A stretch of DNA of 52,350 nt. Source: Trichomonas gallinae (Eukaryota). Of the stretch, positions 19,764 through 30,700 are shown piece after piece. The stretch covers positions 1-52,350 of the forward strand of contig MRSU01010707.1 in the NCBI GenBank assembly GCA_008369845.1, read 5' to 3'. Position numbers and translations under genes: made by a program. Every line of letters starts with the position of its first letter. Position 1 is the first letter of the stretch. The notes under the pieces were generated by a model. It was given only the letters and a program-made list of their open reading frames with translations, did not search any database and was not told where the DNA came from.

Positions 19764-21011
19764 TTAAAGCTCAGGAATATCCATGACATGAGATAGTCTT
19801 CTGCTGATTTCTTCAGTATCTTTGTCATCCGAGCCTTCAGCATCGCCATATCCTGCATCCGTTTGGGGAACAAGAACAAAAATACCAAATATTATAGAAG
19901 CCAATGAAATAACAGCAAAGAATATAAAAGTCCATGCGATTCCAATATTATCTTGGAGCGCTGGTAAGATATAGCAAACAGCACCACCGATAAACCACTG
20001 TGCTGCGGTTGCAATAGCCATGGCACTAGAGCGTACTTCGACTTTGAACAAGTTGGCTGTTTTAGCAAATGGAATCGGGCCAGTTCCAATGCCAAATGTA
20101 AACTGTTCAAGGAAAAGACCAATCATGAAGATATACCCGGATAATGTGAAGTGCTGATGTGCCCAAAGGATCAAGAAAGCAATCATTTGACCAGTTGAAG
20201 AAATTGTCCAACAAATTCGATGACCAAACTTATCAACGATAGTAGAAGCGCATAATGTAGCAATAAGTTGAGCGATTGTCGTACAAGGACCGACAATATT
20301 TGTTTTTACATTTAATTTTGCATTAGAAATGATCGAATTTAAGTTAGAAAGAACTGCATTAACTCCACTAAACTGCAGGAAGAACATTAAGAACACAGCA
20401 ATGATTATTTGCTTTGGCCAATGAAATACTTTCTTAAATGATGTTTTAAGCAGAGCTGTAATAGGCTGTGGGATAAATAACGTAGCACATGCCTGAATGA
20501 AAGATGGAAGAGCGCAAATTCTTGCAAGCCATGACCAATCAACAAGATTTCCGAAAACATTTATGATTAAATAACCCACTGAGAACCCAAGCTGATTCAT
20601 GAATGCAAAGAATCCTTTTTTATCAGCAGGAGCAACATCAACAATAAAAACAGGCGCAACAGTTGAATAAAATCCTACAGCAAGGCCAGTAAGGCATCTA
20701 AAGACGAATGCCATGACTTTCTGGACCGAAATAGATAAACCGATCCATGATATCGTAATAAAAATAGCTGTACCGAAAAGACAGCCTCTATTTCCGAATC
20801 TTGATACTAGAGGGTTAATTATGATAGATCCGATCATTGCTGCTGCAAAACCGGCAACATTGAACCAAACTTGTTCGATTTTATTAAAATTGAATTTTTC
20901 AGTGAGCTGAAATGTAGTTGGACCGGTGTATCCAAGTCCAAGACCCATCTCAATTCCTCCAATAGCAATGAAGATTCCACATATTAATGGTATCTTAATC
21001 TGTGGAGACAT
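19764..21011 (-). CDS. Major facilitator superfamily sugar porter
   Basis: About 12 hydrophobic segments, with SRFGNR and DKFGHR loops, LQFSGVN, FGIGTGPIPF and LFKVEVRS motifs. Confidence 0.92.
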   Translation of the reverse strand: MSPQIKIPLICGIFIAIGGIEMGLGLGYTGPTTFQLTEKFNFNKIEQVWFNVAGFAAAMIGSIIINPLVSRFGNRGCLFGTAIFITISWIGLSISVQKVMAFVFRCLTGLAVGFYSTVAPVFIVDVAPADKKGFFAFMNQLGFSVGYLIINVFGNLVDWSWLARICALPSFIQACATLFIPQPITALLKTSFKKVFHWPKQIIIAVFLMFFLQFSGVNAVLSNLNSIISNAKLNVKTNIVGPCTTIAQLIATLCASTIVDKFGHRICWTISSTGQMIAFLILWAHQHFTLSGYIFMIGLFLEQFTFGIGTGPIPFAKTANLFKVEVRSSAMAIATAAQWFIGGAVCYILPALQDNIGIAWTFIFFAVISLASIIFGIFVLVPQTDAGYGDAEGSDDKDTEEISRRLSHVMDIPEL

Positions 21012-22701
21012 CTATCAAGAAAAACTAGATTTTTTATCGACGAAAATGAAATATGTTAAAGGATGGGCATAGGCATGACTATAGTTTTATCCATCATTTC
21101 AAAATTTCTTTACTTCTCAAATATTTCTGAAGTCGAAAAAACCATCATAAAAATCTGATCATTATGCATTTTGGATATGAAATATATGATATATACGCCA
21201 TAATAATCCCACATTTCAAACTTATGCAGCCTAATTTTTGAGTTTTTGCGAAATCAATAATATTCCTGGCGATTTTTCGATACATCAATTCTGCACACAT
21301 ATAACTTATCTTTTTATCATATTTCATCCGTGAGAAATGAAAATTTCATTACAAAACATCGCATTTTTAAACAACGATCTCTTTATTTTAATTATTTATC
21401 TGACTAGCAGCATCAAATGATGTAATTCATCATATGGCAGCTGCATCTAAGGCAAAACATTTTAAAACACAACAAAAAATATTAACATCTCCAGTGTTTT
21501 AACAAATGTGAGAAGATCAATAGTAAAATAACTGAGAACCATGAAAGCACTAATTTTTACAATATGAGAAGTTATCTTCAACAGCAACAATGATAAAAGC
21601 CATCTTACTCTAACCAATGAGATTGACAAAAGTTGAAGACAGTAAAACTTCATTTTTCATATCTATAAAGGAGAATGAAGTTGAATCCATCACAAAATTG
21701 ATAGATCATAAGATTTGGAATAAATTTGCCTAAAAATGATGTCCGCAAAGAGATAAAGTAAAGTTACAGACACTAATTCGCTGACATTTGTTTAAATGTG
21801 AAATATTACCAGGTAAATTTCGCATGCGCTTATTTTGTACTTCTCTAGTTTATGAATTGTATGCGATAACTAAGTTTTAAATCAGGATGCTCTCGTTATT
21901 GAATAATGAAGAGTATTTTATGATTAAATCAGTGTTCAGGAAAAATAATTAAGTTTGATTGGAGAATATGATTGAAAATACGTAGATTTAAGACGAAAAT
22001 TATATTATATAATGGTTAGAAGTAAAATATTTGAGCTCCAATTACTAAAGATAACAGAAAAGTGAAAATTGAAAAGATTTGGTAGTTATAAAATCCAAAA
22101 ATTTGTCATGAAAATTGCAATATATTGAACATAACACCCAAACCATGGATCAAAATCGAATTCCAAAACCATTTATTAAATTTGACTATTGAGATTAACA
22201 TATGGATGCTAATGTTATAAAGAAGCTATTTTTAATAAAATTTAAGGAAAATCTTTGTTTAATATTTAAGGTAAAATGCGTGTAAAAATTTTGTATAAGC
22301 TTATATATGACTGTTTTTTCATTTGAGTTATTTTAAAATTCAATTCTGAAAAAATTTTATCATAATAATATCTATAAAAACGCATATAATGCAAAAATTA
22401 GAAATCAAAAGTAAAAAATTTAATTGTGACCGGAAGAAATGTTAATGATTTTATCATAATAAAACATATTATTCGGAAATCATTGCGAATTTCCTACGCA
22501 AAAATTTGAGAAGAGTATTTGGAAAGATTTGAAAAGTTTTTTAAAATTTTCAATGTTATCTTTCAAAAATTCCAGAATATTAAAACCTTGAAATATTGAT
22601 GTACTAATCCCATTAAAGATTTTTGATCAATCTAAAATTTGGGGTCCAGACCCTAATTTACTGTTTTTTCAATAGTATCTTTGTTTGATTAAAAAGTTTT
22701 C

Positions 22702-25700
22702 ATGTCGCGTGCGCTATCAGACCTAATTGGGCCGATTGGGAACCAGCAGCACCAACAGAAACTTAGCTCACTGCTATACTCAGTGAAAGACAAAGTTAGC
22801 AAGATTGAATCAATTTTTATTGTCGGGCTATGGTTTTTCACTGCACAGATAGCAGCAATCTTCCTAAGTACAGCAAATAGATTGGAATGGACATCAAAAA
22901 CAATAGAATCGACTCTGTTATCGATATTCAATTCGCTTGGAATGTTTAGTCCAGACATCCGAAACTTACAAGATCTAGATTACTTAGTATACAGTCTCCT
23001 ATTAACTATTATTTCATTCACAATCCTTCTATGTTGCGTAATTCTCTTTTCATTGAATGGGAATGAGCTAACATTGACTTCTATCTTCCCTTTTGCAGCA
23101 CCGGTTGTCGGCTTGCAGATAATAATCATGCCTGCAACATTTGCAATGGTGTCTTACATATTTTCCGGACACTTTTACGAAAAATGGTTTCAATTCGCAC
23201 TATCTATTTTCATTTTACTAATTGCACTAGCGTCGACGCTTCTCGAGTACTTCGTGCGTTTCGGTGTTCCTAGGAAAGTCGCAATTTGGAATACAAGAAC
23301 TGTAATATTTCGATATGTTGTTTCTATTTTTTACTTTATCGGACCAAATTTTAATATATATCTTACGAATAAGATACCAATCCTCGTGTTGAACGGAATA
23401 TCGCTAGCTGTTTGTTTATTATACTTGTATTTTCAAATTCGATTAAGTCATCCGTTGGTCTTCTGCTCGTATTCATTAGCTACGCTAGTCGGAAATTTGC
23501 TCAATATAATCATCATTTTTATCAAAATATCAGGTGAAACGTATATTACATTTTATCTCATTATGCTCAACGTAGCATTCGTTTTACTTTTGCTCATTAC
23601 ATACTTTTCTTCGGAATATGTACTAATACCATTACGAGAATCAATTCAAACCCATAACTACAGATTATTAGATAAATACGCAATTTCCACGTTAGAAGAT
23701 ATAGTTAGCTACGGCATAACTAAAATGGAAATACCAAACGAGCTTCTCGATTATCTAGAATCGCGTGCTCCCGATAGTATTATTTTTAATGAAATAATTT
23801 TTCTTTTCGCAGAAGAAACAGTCAATGAAACACGCATGAGGAAGGCATTGGAAAACATGCTCATTATAAATCGTACGGATTTAATTCATCAAGTTCGATT
23901 ATGTCATTTTGAAGACATAATAAGGCCGACATTCATGTCAATACGCGCGCAAATGATATTGAACGACTACTCAAACACACTCGGAATGCTTTGGAATGAA
24001 ATTGTCAATGATAATACAGAACACCTTCTTTCTTTAGCAAATGTTGTAAGTAAGAACTATCTAACACTAACAAATATATTCAATACATACGGAAAGCAAA
24101 ATAAACTCAGCAAAACTTACTCGAGATTTTGCGAAATAACAAGATTCAATTCAGAATCTGAGTCTAATAACATGACATATGCACTTGTATCACGTACAGG
24201 TAATAAGAATGAGAATTCAAGTGTAAATTCACATTGCACACAGTATATTATCATATATATCGCTTTTTTATTATTTTCATTTAATTTTATAATGCATACA
24301 TGGGCTAAAAACGAATTAGAAGCGCTCTGGGATGCTTCTTTTGATGCATATCATATACTACAAGCAGTCAACGCAGGATCTTTCATTGTTACGTTAATGA
24401 AATTAGGAGATACAGTTAACATCACAACTATTTCGCAAGACGTGTATAATGATATCCTATTCCCATCAAAACTCACTAATCTCACGGAAGATCTTGACTT
24501 TATGCTAGACATTATCAAATTATATTCTGGATTAATTAAAAAGTACGCAAACTCAAATAGTTTCGACGGAATCATATATAACTGGCTAACATCAAGTCTA
24601 AATGTTACAAGAGTCTCATCAACTGTTGAAGCTGCTTTGGGATATGTCGCATCAAGTTATCAAAGCATTTTGGGTGGAAATACACCATATTACCAAGGCC
24701 TATATATAAGTGGTACAACAGATTTGATCATTTACGCACAGATATTTGATCATACAATTACAGAGCTCAGAGACTACGCTGTAAATAGTGTAAGATCCTT
24801 GGCCATGTGGTGCAGGATACAAATGGTAGCATTCATGGTATTGGCACCGATTTTATTGCTGATTTTCAGTCACTTTTTGAAAAAATCTGTCAGTGGATTT
24901 TTCCAACCACTTTTTAAGCTTTCCAAAGCCGATCTGATACAGAAAACGCGAGAACTGATGACATGGGTTAAAGACACACAGATCAGTCAGTCAGAGGACA
25001 ACAATGTCAAATACAACAAAGAATTGATTCTCTCGAAAACGCATACAAACTCAGTGTCAAACACAAACGTTCAAATTAGATTATTTTTAACTTATACAAT
25101 ATTATTCTTGATCTTCGTTATACCTTCATGGGTGTTTAATGAAGTTATAATGTTCAGACTGCTCGAAAACGCTGATGATTTAAGAACATCATCGTATGCA
25201 TTTTTGCTACCACAACAGTTTCTCAAAATCGGCCAACTATTTTTGTTAGCGACAAGAGATGTAGTGTATGAAGGAGAAGAAGTCCTGTCTCTGTCTGCTG
25301 TCAAAAGTTTGTTCTCAATACAGTTGAATATTTTGCAAGAACAGCCAAAATTTCACTCAGACAAATTAGAAAGTTTAGCGAAAATTTTCCAAATCAAAGA
25401 ATCAAAACATTTGGCTGAAAATCTGGGAATAACACAACAAACAGAATCGGTAGGGACATGTCCAGCTAAACACAGAAAACAAGATTCGTTTTTTGAGCAT
25501 CAGGAATATAATAGAAAAGTTTTAGAAAGCGATGTTGTTAATGAATCTGCGACATTAGAAATCAGAACGAAACACGAGAAAAATCTTTATTCGATGATAA
25601 ACATTGTAAGACACATGGTTGAAGAAGGTAACCAGAAATTTGCGCAAAACACTCCAAACGTTATTGATCCTTCTTTATATATTTCCTCTTCGCCAACATT

Positions 25701-27123
25701 GTCGCCCAATATTCGCTCTTTGTTCCCCGCTGTCGAAGTTTCTAGTCTGACAATTTACGACGCATTTCACATGAGATCAAATGACTCAACAATCTATGAC
25801 ACAATAGTTTCGAATGTTATTATCGCTTCAACTCTTTATACAGCGAGATGCGAGTCATCACTGATTGAAAGACTTGACATTTCAACTACTGAAACTGGCT
25901 TCTTGATTGCGTTTGGTGCATTATGTTCTGTTGCTTTGCTTGCGATTATGTACGGTATTGTCACTGCTCTAGGAACATACTGGATACCTTTCGATATAAT
26001 CAATAAGTCAATTATTTCCACGATGCCTAAATTCGACACAATTAACGGAAGAATTGAAGAATCAATAACTCTTTCAACGCGTGAAGAAGAGATGAAGAAA
26101 TCATCTGCGATTGTTGTCGATTTAATGAACTCGCAAGATGCCAGAGAAGAACTACTCGAAAATCATTTGCTTCTTGATTCAAGGGACATTGTTATCAGAT
26201 CATCAATTGTAGTCGAAGATCTTTTGTCCGCTGATGATTTGCAGGGATTGAGATTCGATGACGTGATGAAGAATCTCGCAATTATTCTTCCAAATGATTC
26301 TACTGCTGCCAGTGATGTTGACAAAATCATTTTCAAGCCGAAGGATGACAAAAAGAAAGACATTGTACTCGAAGCATTAAAATTCAAAGTCCACAACATA
26401 GAACTTGACTGCGGAATTGTTTCTTCTGTTTGCGTCATCAGAGATAAAACACGCGAATACGAAGCAATGAAGCTATGGAGAAATGAGTTGAATCAGCTCA
26501 AACTTCTTGCCTTGCAGTTTATTCCACCCGCAGTTTACGAATCATTGACAGGGCAGGAATCATTTAATACAGTTCAAATCAACAGCGCATTCATTGCTAC
26601 TTTTTATATAACGAATTATTCATCAGTACAAGACATCGAAACTATCAAAGCAATAATCACGAGAGAAACAAGCGGATATCAGCATTTATGGCCAGTTGGA
26701 AGATCCATAATGTGTGTCCATTTATATTCGGCAATTCTCGAGCAAAACATTTCTCATTTCAAATCTTTGATAACTTTATTGTACTGCTCATTAAAGATCG
26801 CGAAATCAATCACAGACATAGGATGCGAGCCACATTGCGTCATATCAAAAGTGAAGGCAACTAACGCATCCTTTGGGCTTGATTCTCCACCGGTCTTCGA
26901 TATGAGAGATGAAAATCCATATGAGCTAATTTTAGCGATGGGTTCCCCGCCACACAAAATTTCCATCTCGAGAGATCCATACGAAATCTTGTATAATACA
27001 GGTATTCCTATTGAGTTCAGTTTCTATTTCAGGTCTGAGGGCTTCCATAAAATATCATACGATACATTGCCGGAAATAGAAGCAATAATTGAGCGCGAAC
27101 AGGTACAAATGGCAATTGTTTAA
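22702..27123 (+). CDS. Multi-transmembrane protein with PAS-like and degenerate class III nucleotide cyclase-like C-terminus
   Basis: N-terminal TM bundle, further paired TMs and a PAS/PAC-like stretch (LLLDSRDIV...VCVIRDKT), then LLALQFIPPAV...SAFIATFYITNYS. This is the layout of trichomonad transmembrane cyclases. Confidence 0.7.
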   Translation: MSRALSDLIGPIGNQQHQQKLSSLLYSVKDKVSKIESIFIVGLWFFTAQIAAIFLSTANRLEWTSKTIESTLLSIFNSLGMFSPDIRNLQDLDYLVYSLLLTIISFTILLCCVILFSLNGNELTLTSIFPFAAPVVGLQIIIMPATFAMVSYIFSGHFYEKWFQFALSIFILLIALASTLLEYFVRFGVPRKVAIWNTRTVIFRYVVSIFYFIGPNFNIYLTNKIPILVLNGISLAVCLLYLYFQIRLSHPLVFCSYSLATLVGNLLNIIIIFIKISGETYITFYLIMLNVAFVLLLLITYFSSEYVLIPLRESIQTHNYRLLDKYAISTLEDIVSYGITKMEIPNELLDYLESRAPDSIIFNEIIFLFAEETVNETRMRKALENMLIINRTDLIHQVRLCHFEDIIRPTFMSIRAQMILNDYSNTLGMLWNEIVNDNTEHLLSLANVVSKNYLTLTNIFNTYGKQNKLSKTYSRFCEITRFNSESESNNMTYALVSRTGNKNENSSVNSHCTQYIIIYIAFLLFSFNFIMHTWAKNELEALWDASFDAYHILQAVNAGSFIVTLMKLGDTVNITTISQDVYNDILFPSKLTNLTEDLDFMLDIIKLYSGLIKKYANSNSFDGIIYNWLTSSLNVTRVSSTVEAALGYVASSYQSILGGNTPYYQGLYISGTTDLIIYAQIFDHTITELRDYAVNSVRSLAMWCRIQMVAFMVLAPILLLIFSHFLKKSVSGFFQPLFKLSKADLIQKTRELMTWVKDTQISQSEDNNVKYNKELILSKTHTNSVSNTNVQIRLFLTYTILFLIFVIPSWVFNEVIMFRLLENADDLRTSSYAFLLPQQFLKIGQLFLLATRDVVYEGEEVLSLSAVKSLFSIQLNILQEQPKFHSDKLESLAKIFQIKESKHLAENLGITQQTESVGTCPAKHRKQDSFFEHQEYNRKVLESDVVNESATLEIRTKHEKNLYSMINIVRHMVEEGNQKFAQNTPNVIDPSLYISSSPTLSPNIRSLFPAVEVSSLTIYDAFHMRSNDSTIYDTIVSNVIIASTLYTARCESSLIERLDISTTETGFLIAFGALCSVALLAIMYGIVTALGTYWIPFDIINKSIISTMPKFDTINGRIEESITLSTREEEMKKSSAIVVDLMNSQDAREELLENHLLLDSRDIVIRSSIVVEDLLSADDLQGLRFDDVMKNLAIILPNDSTAASDVDKIIFKPKDDKKKDIVLEALKFKVHNIELDCGIVSSVCVIRDKTREYEAMKLWRNELNQLKLLALQFIPPAVYESLTGQESFNTVQINSAFIATFYITNYSSVQDIETIKAIITRETSGYQHLWPVGRSIMCVHLYSAILEQNISHFKSLITLLYCSLKIAKSITDIGCEPHCVISKVKATNASFGLDSPPVFDMRDENPYELILAMGSPPHKISISRDPYEILYNTGIPIEFSFYFRSEGFHKISYDTLPEIEAIIEREQVQMAIV

Positions 27124-27729
27124 TATTATATTTTTCTTATTATTATTGTTTTTTATTTGTTGTAATTTAAACATGAAATTATTCTATCTTAAATGCTACA
27201 TATAGTACCGAGGGTAATATCTGTGATTTATCATGAAGAATCCCCATACATTAACATCAAATACACATCATATTGAATAATTGTCATAATTGACAAATTT
27301 GACATGTAATATAAAAATTTGTTTGTTTTCGACATGTAAAAACAGCTATTTGACACGTAAATAATATTTCATATAGTCAGAAAAGAAGAAATATTCAGTT
27401 TTACCACAATTTATATGTGTTACTTGATTCATCCCCTGCAATAAGGCTTACTACAAACTGTGGCATATCTGGATATTTTCAAATTCATCAAGAAACTATT
27501 AATTAAACAAGAAAATATTAATATGTATGAACTAAGTAAATAAATGTGTTATGTTTAACAAGAAAAATGAAATATATATTTTATTCTTTTCAAATTCATC
27601 AATAAAGCATTAAATTGATTTAAAAATATTGATATATAATACAAATATTAATTAAATATGACATTTAAAAGGCGAAAATAAAAAATAAGAAGTGACAACG
27701 ATGACTGACATGTGATATGATATCCATAA

Positions 27730-30700
27730 ATGAATGAAATATTGGATCGAAATTTTAGTTCAGGGGAGCTTTCAAAATACAACAGACTGCTTGTACAAGA
27801 GCGAGAAGCGCATGCGGTTCGTGAAATGTGCTTTTTCAACATAATTCCTTCGCTCTTGTACTTTCAATCAATTAATCCTGCCTCAATAAAATACATTTTA
27901 GACTCTTTGGTGGAGTCAATACCACCATTTTTGTATAGGCCTCCTGAACAGAAGCAAATTTCAATAAATTTTCATTACTTGGTAAATTGTGTTGCAAAAT
28001 TTTTCGACATTGACGTGGAATACAACTTCAAAAACTTATTTTTCCAGACAATAAGATCAATACATCCGAATTTCGAGCTCATTATCGAATATTTTAAGAC
28101 GCATAAGAAAGAAAAAGAGCAGCAAGTCGCGCATTTACTTTTACAGCTATATAAACATGCTCCACAGCTGTATCTAGCGATAAAAGACGAAGTTTCATCA
28201 GCATTAGACTTACTAGACAAAAATGTCGTTTTTCAGTCAATTGGATACGATATTTTCGAATTTATCGGTCTAGACATATTCAGGCCAGAAGCTATACCAT
28301 TTGCCAATGATGAAAACGCTATAAACCTGTTTGGCAATCATATAATTTATTTAAATCCGCAAATTGTCGTGAAATTGCAAGAATACATATTCGCGAAATC
28401 ACCGTTTCCAAATACTACATTCTTCGGCGGTGGAAGTAAGCTTGGTGCTTTGTTTAATACTGCAGCCGCTCAAAAATTGCATATTATTGATTTAACACTT
28501 TTGAACTCTTTAAAGCAATACGATCTTGAAAACGACGAACTCGGTCAGACTTATCTCCAGTTATTCCCAGATATGAAAGCTATAGCTTTAATCGGATGCA
28601 TGCACAAAAGAATGCAAAATACGCAGTGGATCCTCAATAAAATCAACTCACTTACTACAACACCAAAGAATATATTCGGTGAATTCATGGAAAGATTGAA
28701 GAATGATTTTGATTTATTAACAAAAGTTAAACAAGCGACAGGAATCAACATTTCTCTCAACAGTCTGATAAACAACTCATTACCTTACAATCTTAGAGTA
28801 TCATTGGAGAACTTTGACGGTGATATTTTCCAAGAAACACGAAATTCAAAATTTTTCACGATAAGTGACGCGGATACACGCAATGATTTCGATTTCGTCT
28901 GTGCTTACTTCGCATTGTCAAACGCTGTGATGTATTTTCAGTACCCGAGCGATGAAAAAATCAGAATTATTGATTCATCACTGAGAAGTATTGTAGATCC
29001 AGCGATTTTACAGTCAACAATCATCGACATATTCTCTCTTATTTTCCTCGAGAAGTTTGGCTTCTGCTCGAATCCATCAGCGGCCGAGAAAATCATTCCT
29101 TTATTACTCGAGTTAACAACATCGAATGAATTATCTGATCAATTGCGTGTCGCGCACAGGAGAATCCTTATTTCGAACCTGCTCGACCAGACGAACACTA
29201 TGGACTGCGCGATGGCGTCAATACAGTCGATGCTCGACAGAGCTCTGTTAAAGAAAGACTGGCAAATTGCAGAACAAATCGCGATGTTGTACGGCAAGTC
29301 AACGACATTCTTCGAGATATACAGGGACTCAATAACGAAAGCAGACATAGAGAACAACCCAAACAAGGACATGATACTGCTGGAAAAATGCATTACATCT
29401 TACGACATTCAAAACTTTCACTCGATAAACAGCGAAAAAGTGCCTGAAGCTGCTTACAAAGTTGCAAAAGCCAGACTTGAATTCGAACCACTTGAGAACT
29501 TCAAGCCTGTTTCTGCTGTTACTGAAGTCAACAACAAATTCGCAAGATTAACAGCTGTTTCCTGGCCGCCGACAGAATTAAATTCGTTCCTCAGATATTC
29601 GGAGAAATTAACAACATTCGTTAAATATTTAGACACATTAGTTCCTCAACTCATCCAGGCCAATCCTAACAAGACAATTGGCGAAATACTGAGCTTCTGT
29701 CCGCACAAGATTTTGTCGAATTTACTACACGAAGGACAAATAGATCAAGCAAAAGCAATCGCGAAACTCATCAACATGGATATAACAGAAGCGATTTTAC
29801 TTTACATGAACGATAGTGTTGGTGCTGCTGTTCCATATCTTAAGGATTATCCTATTGTTCACATCGCGGACATGATATTTAACGACATGCAGCCTGATAT
29901 TATGTATTCTATTCCGATTGGTAGATACTTGGATAGAGTTGATTTAAGAAAAACTTCGCCGGTTGATCCAGACAGCGATGAAGGCCGCCAGGACGGAATA
30001 TCACAAGAAAAACTCGAGAAAATACTAAGAAATGCACTGTCTGGTTCTAAAATAGACTCAGAGAAAATCATTGACGTCTCTTTCAGACTCAACTACGAGA
30101 AATTCAAGTCCAACATTTTGATTGTTTTAGAAAAAGTCAATTTAGTTGAACTAAGAGATGCTCTGCAATATTCTTATTGCGAGGACGAACTCTTCGATAG
30201 AGTTGACTTATTAGCGAGAGTTTCTTCAATCTGCAATCCATTCCCATTCAAGCAGTGTCTTCCAAAATTAATCAAATCAGACAATTTCAGTTTGGCGGCG
30301 GAATTCATCAACATGTTCAGATTCGAATTCAACACGATCAACGTTTTAAGAGAAGAAGCATTAAACTTGCTGCACAAGAACGAATCAATCGATAAAATCT
30401 TAGATTTGTCACAATCAATGAGAAATGAAGTGATTTCCTCTTTACCGCAAAGATATCAAACAGCGATTTTACAAGGAGCAGAAAAATTCTTCGCGACAAT
30501 TCCACAGACATGGAAAGTCGAAAACGATCCACAAAACACAGCACGCGCAAATATAGAACAAGAAGAGTTCGTCGAGATAATGACACAATTCCCGCAAATA
30601 GATGTTTCGAAGGATTTAATCGCTTTCATTCAGAACAAACTCGCTCCAACAGATATACCAATCGTCTACAAACTCGAAATGATCAGCGACTTCGTCAAGA

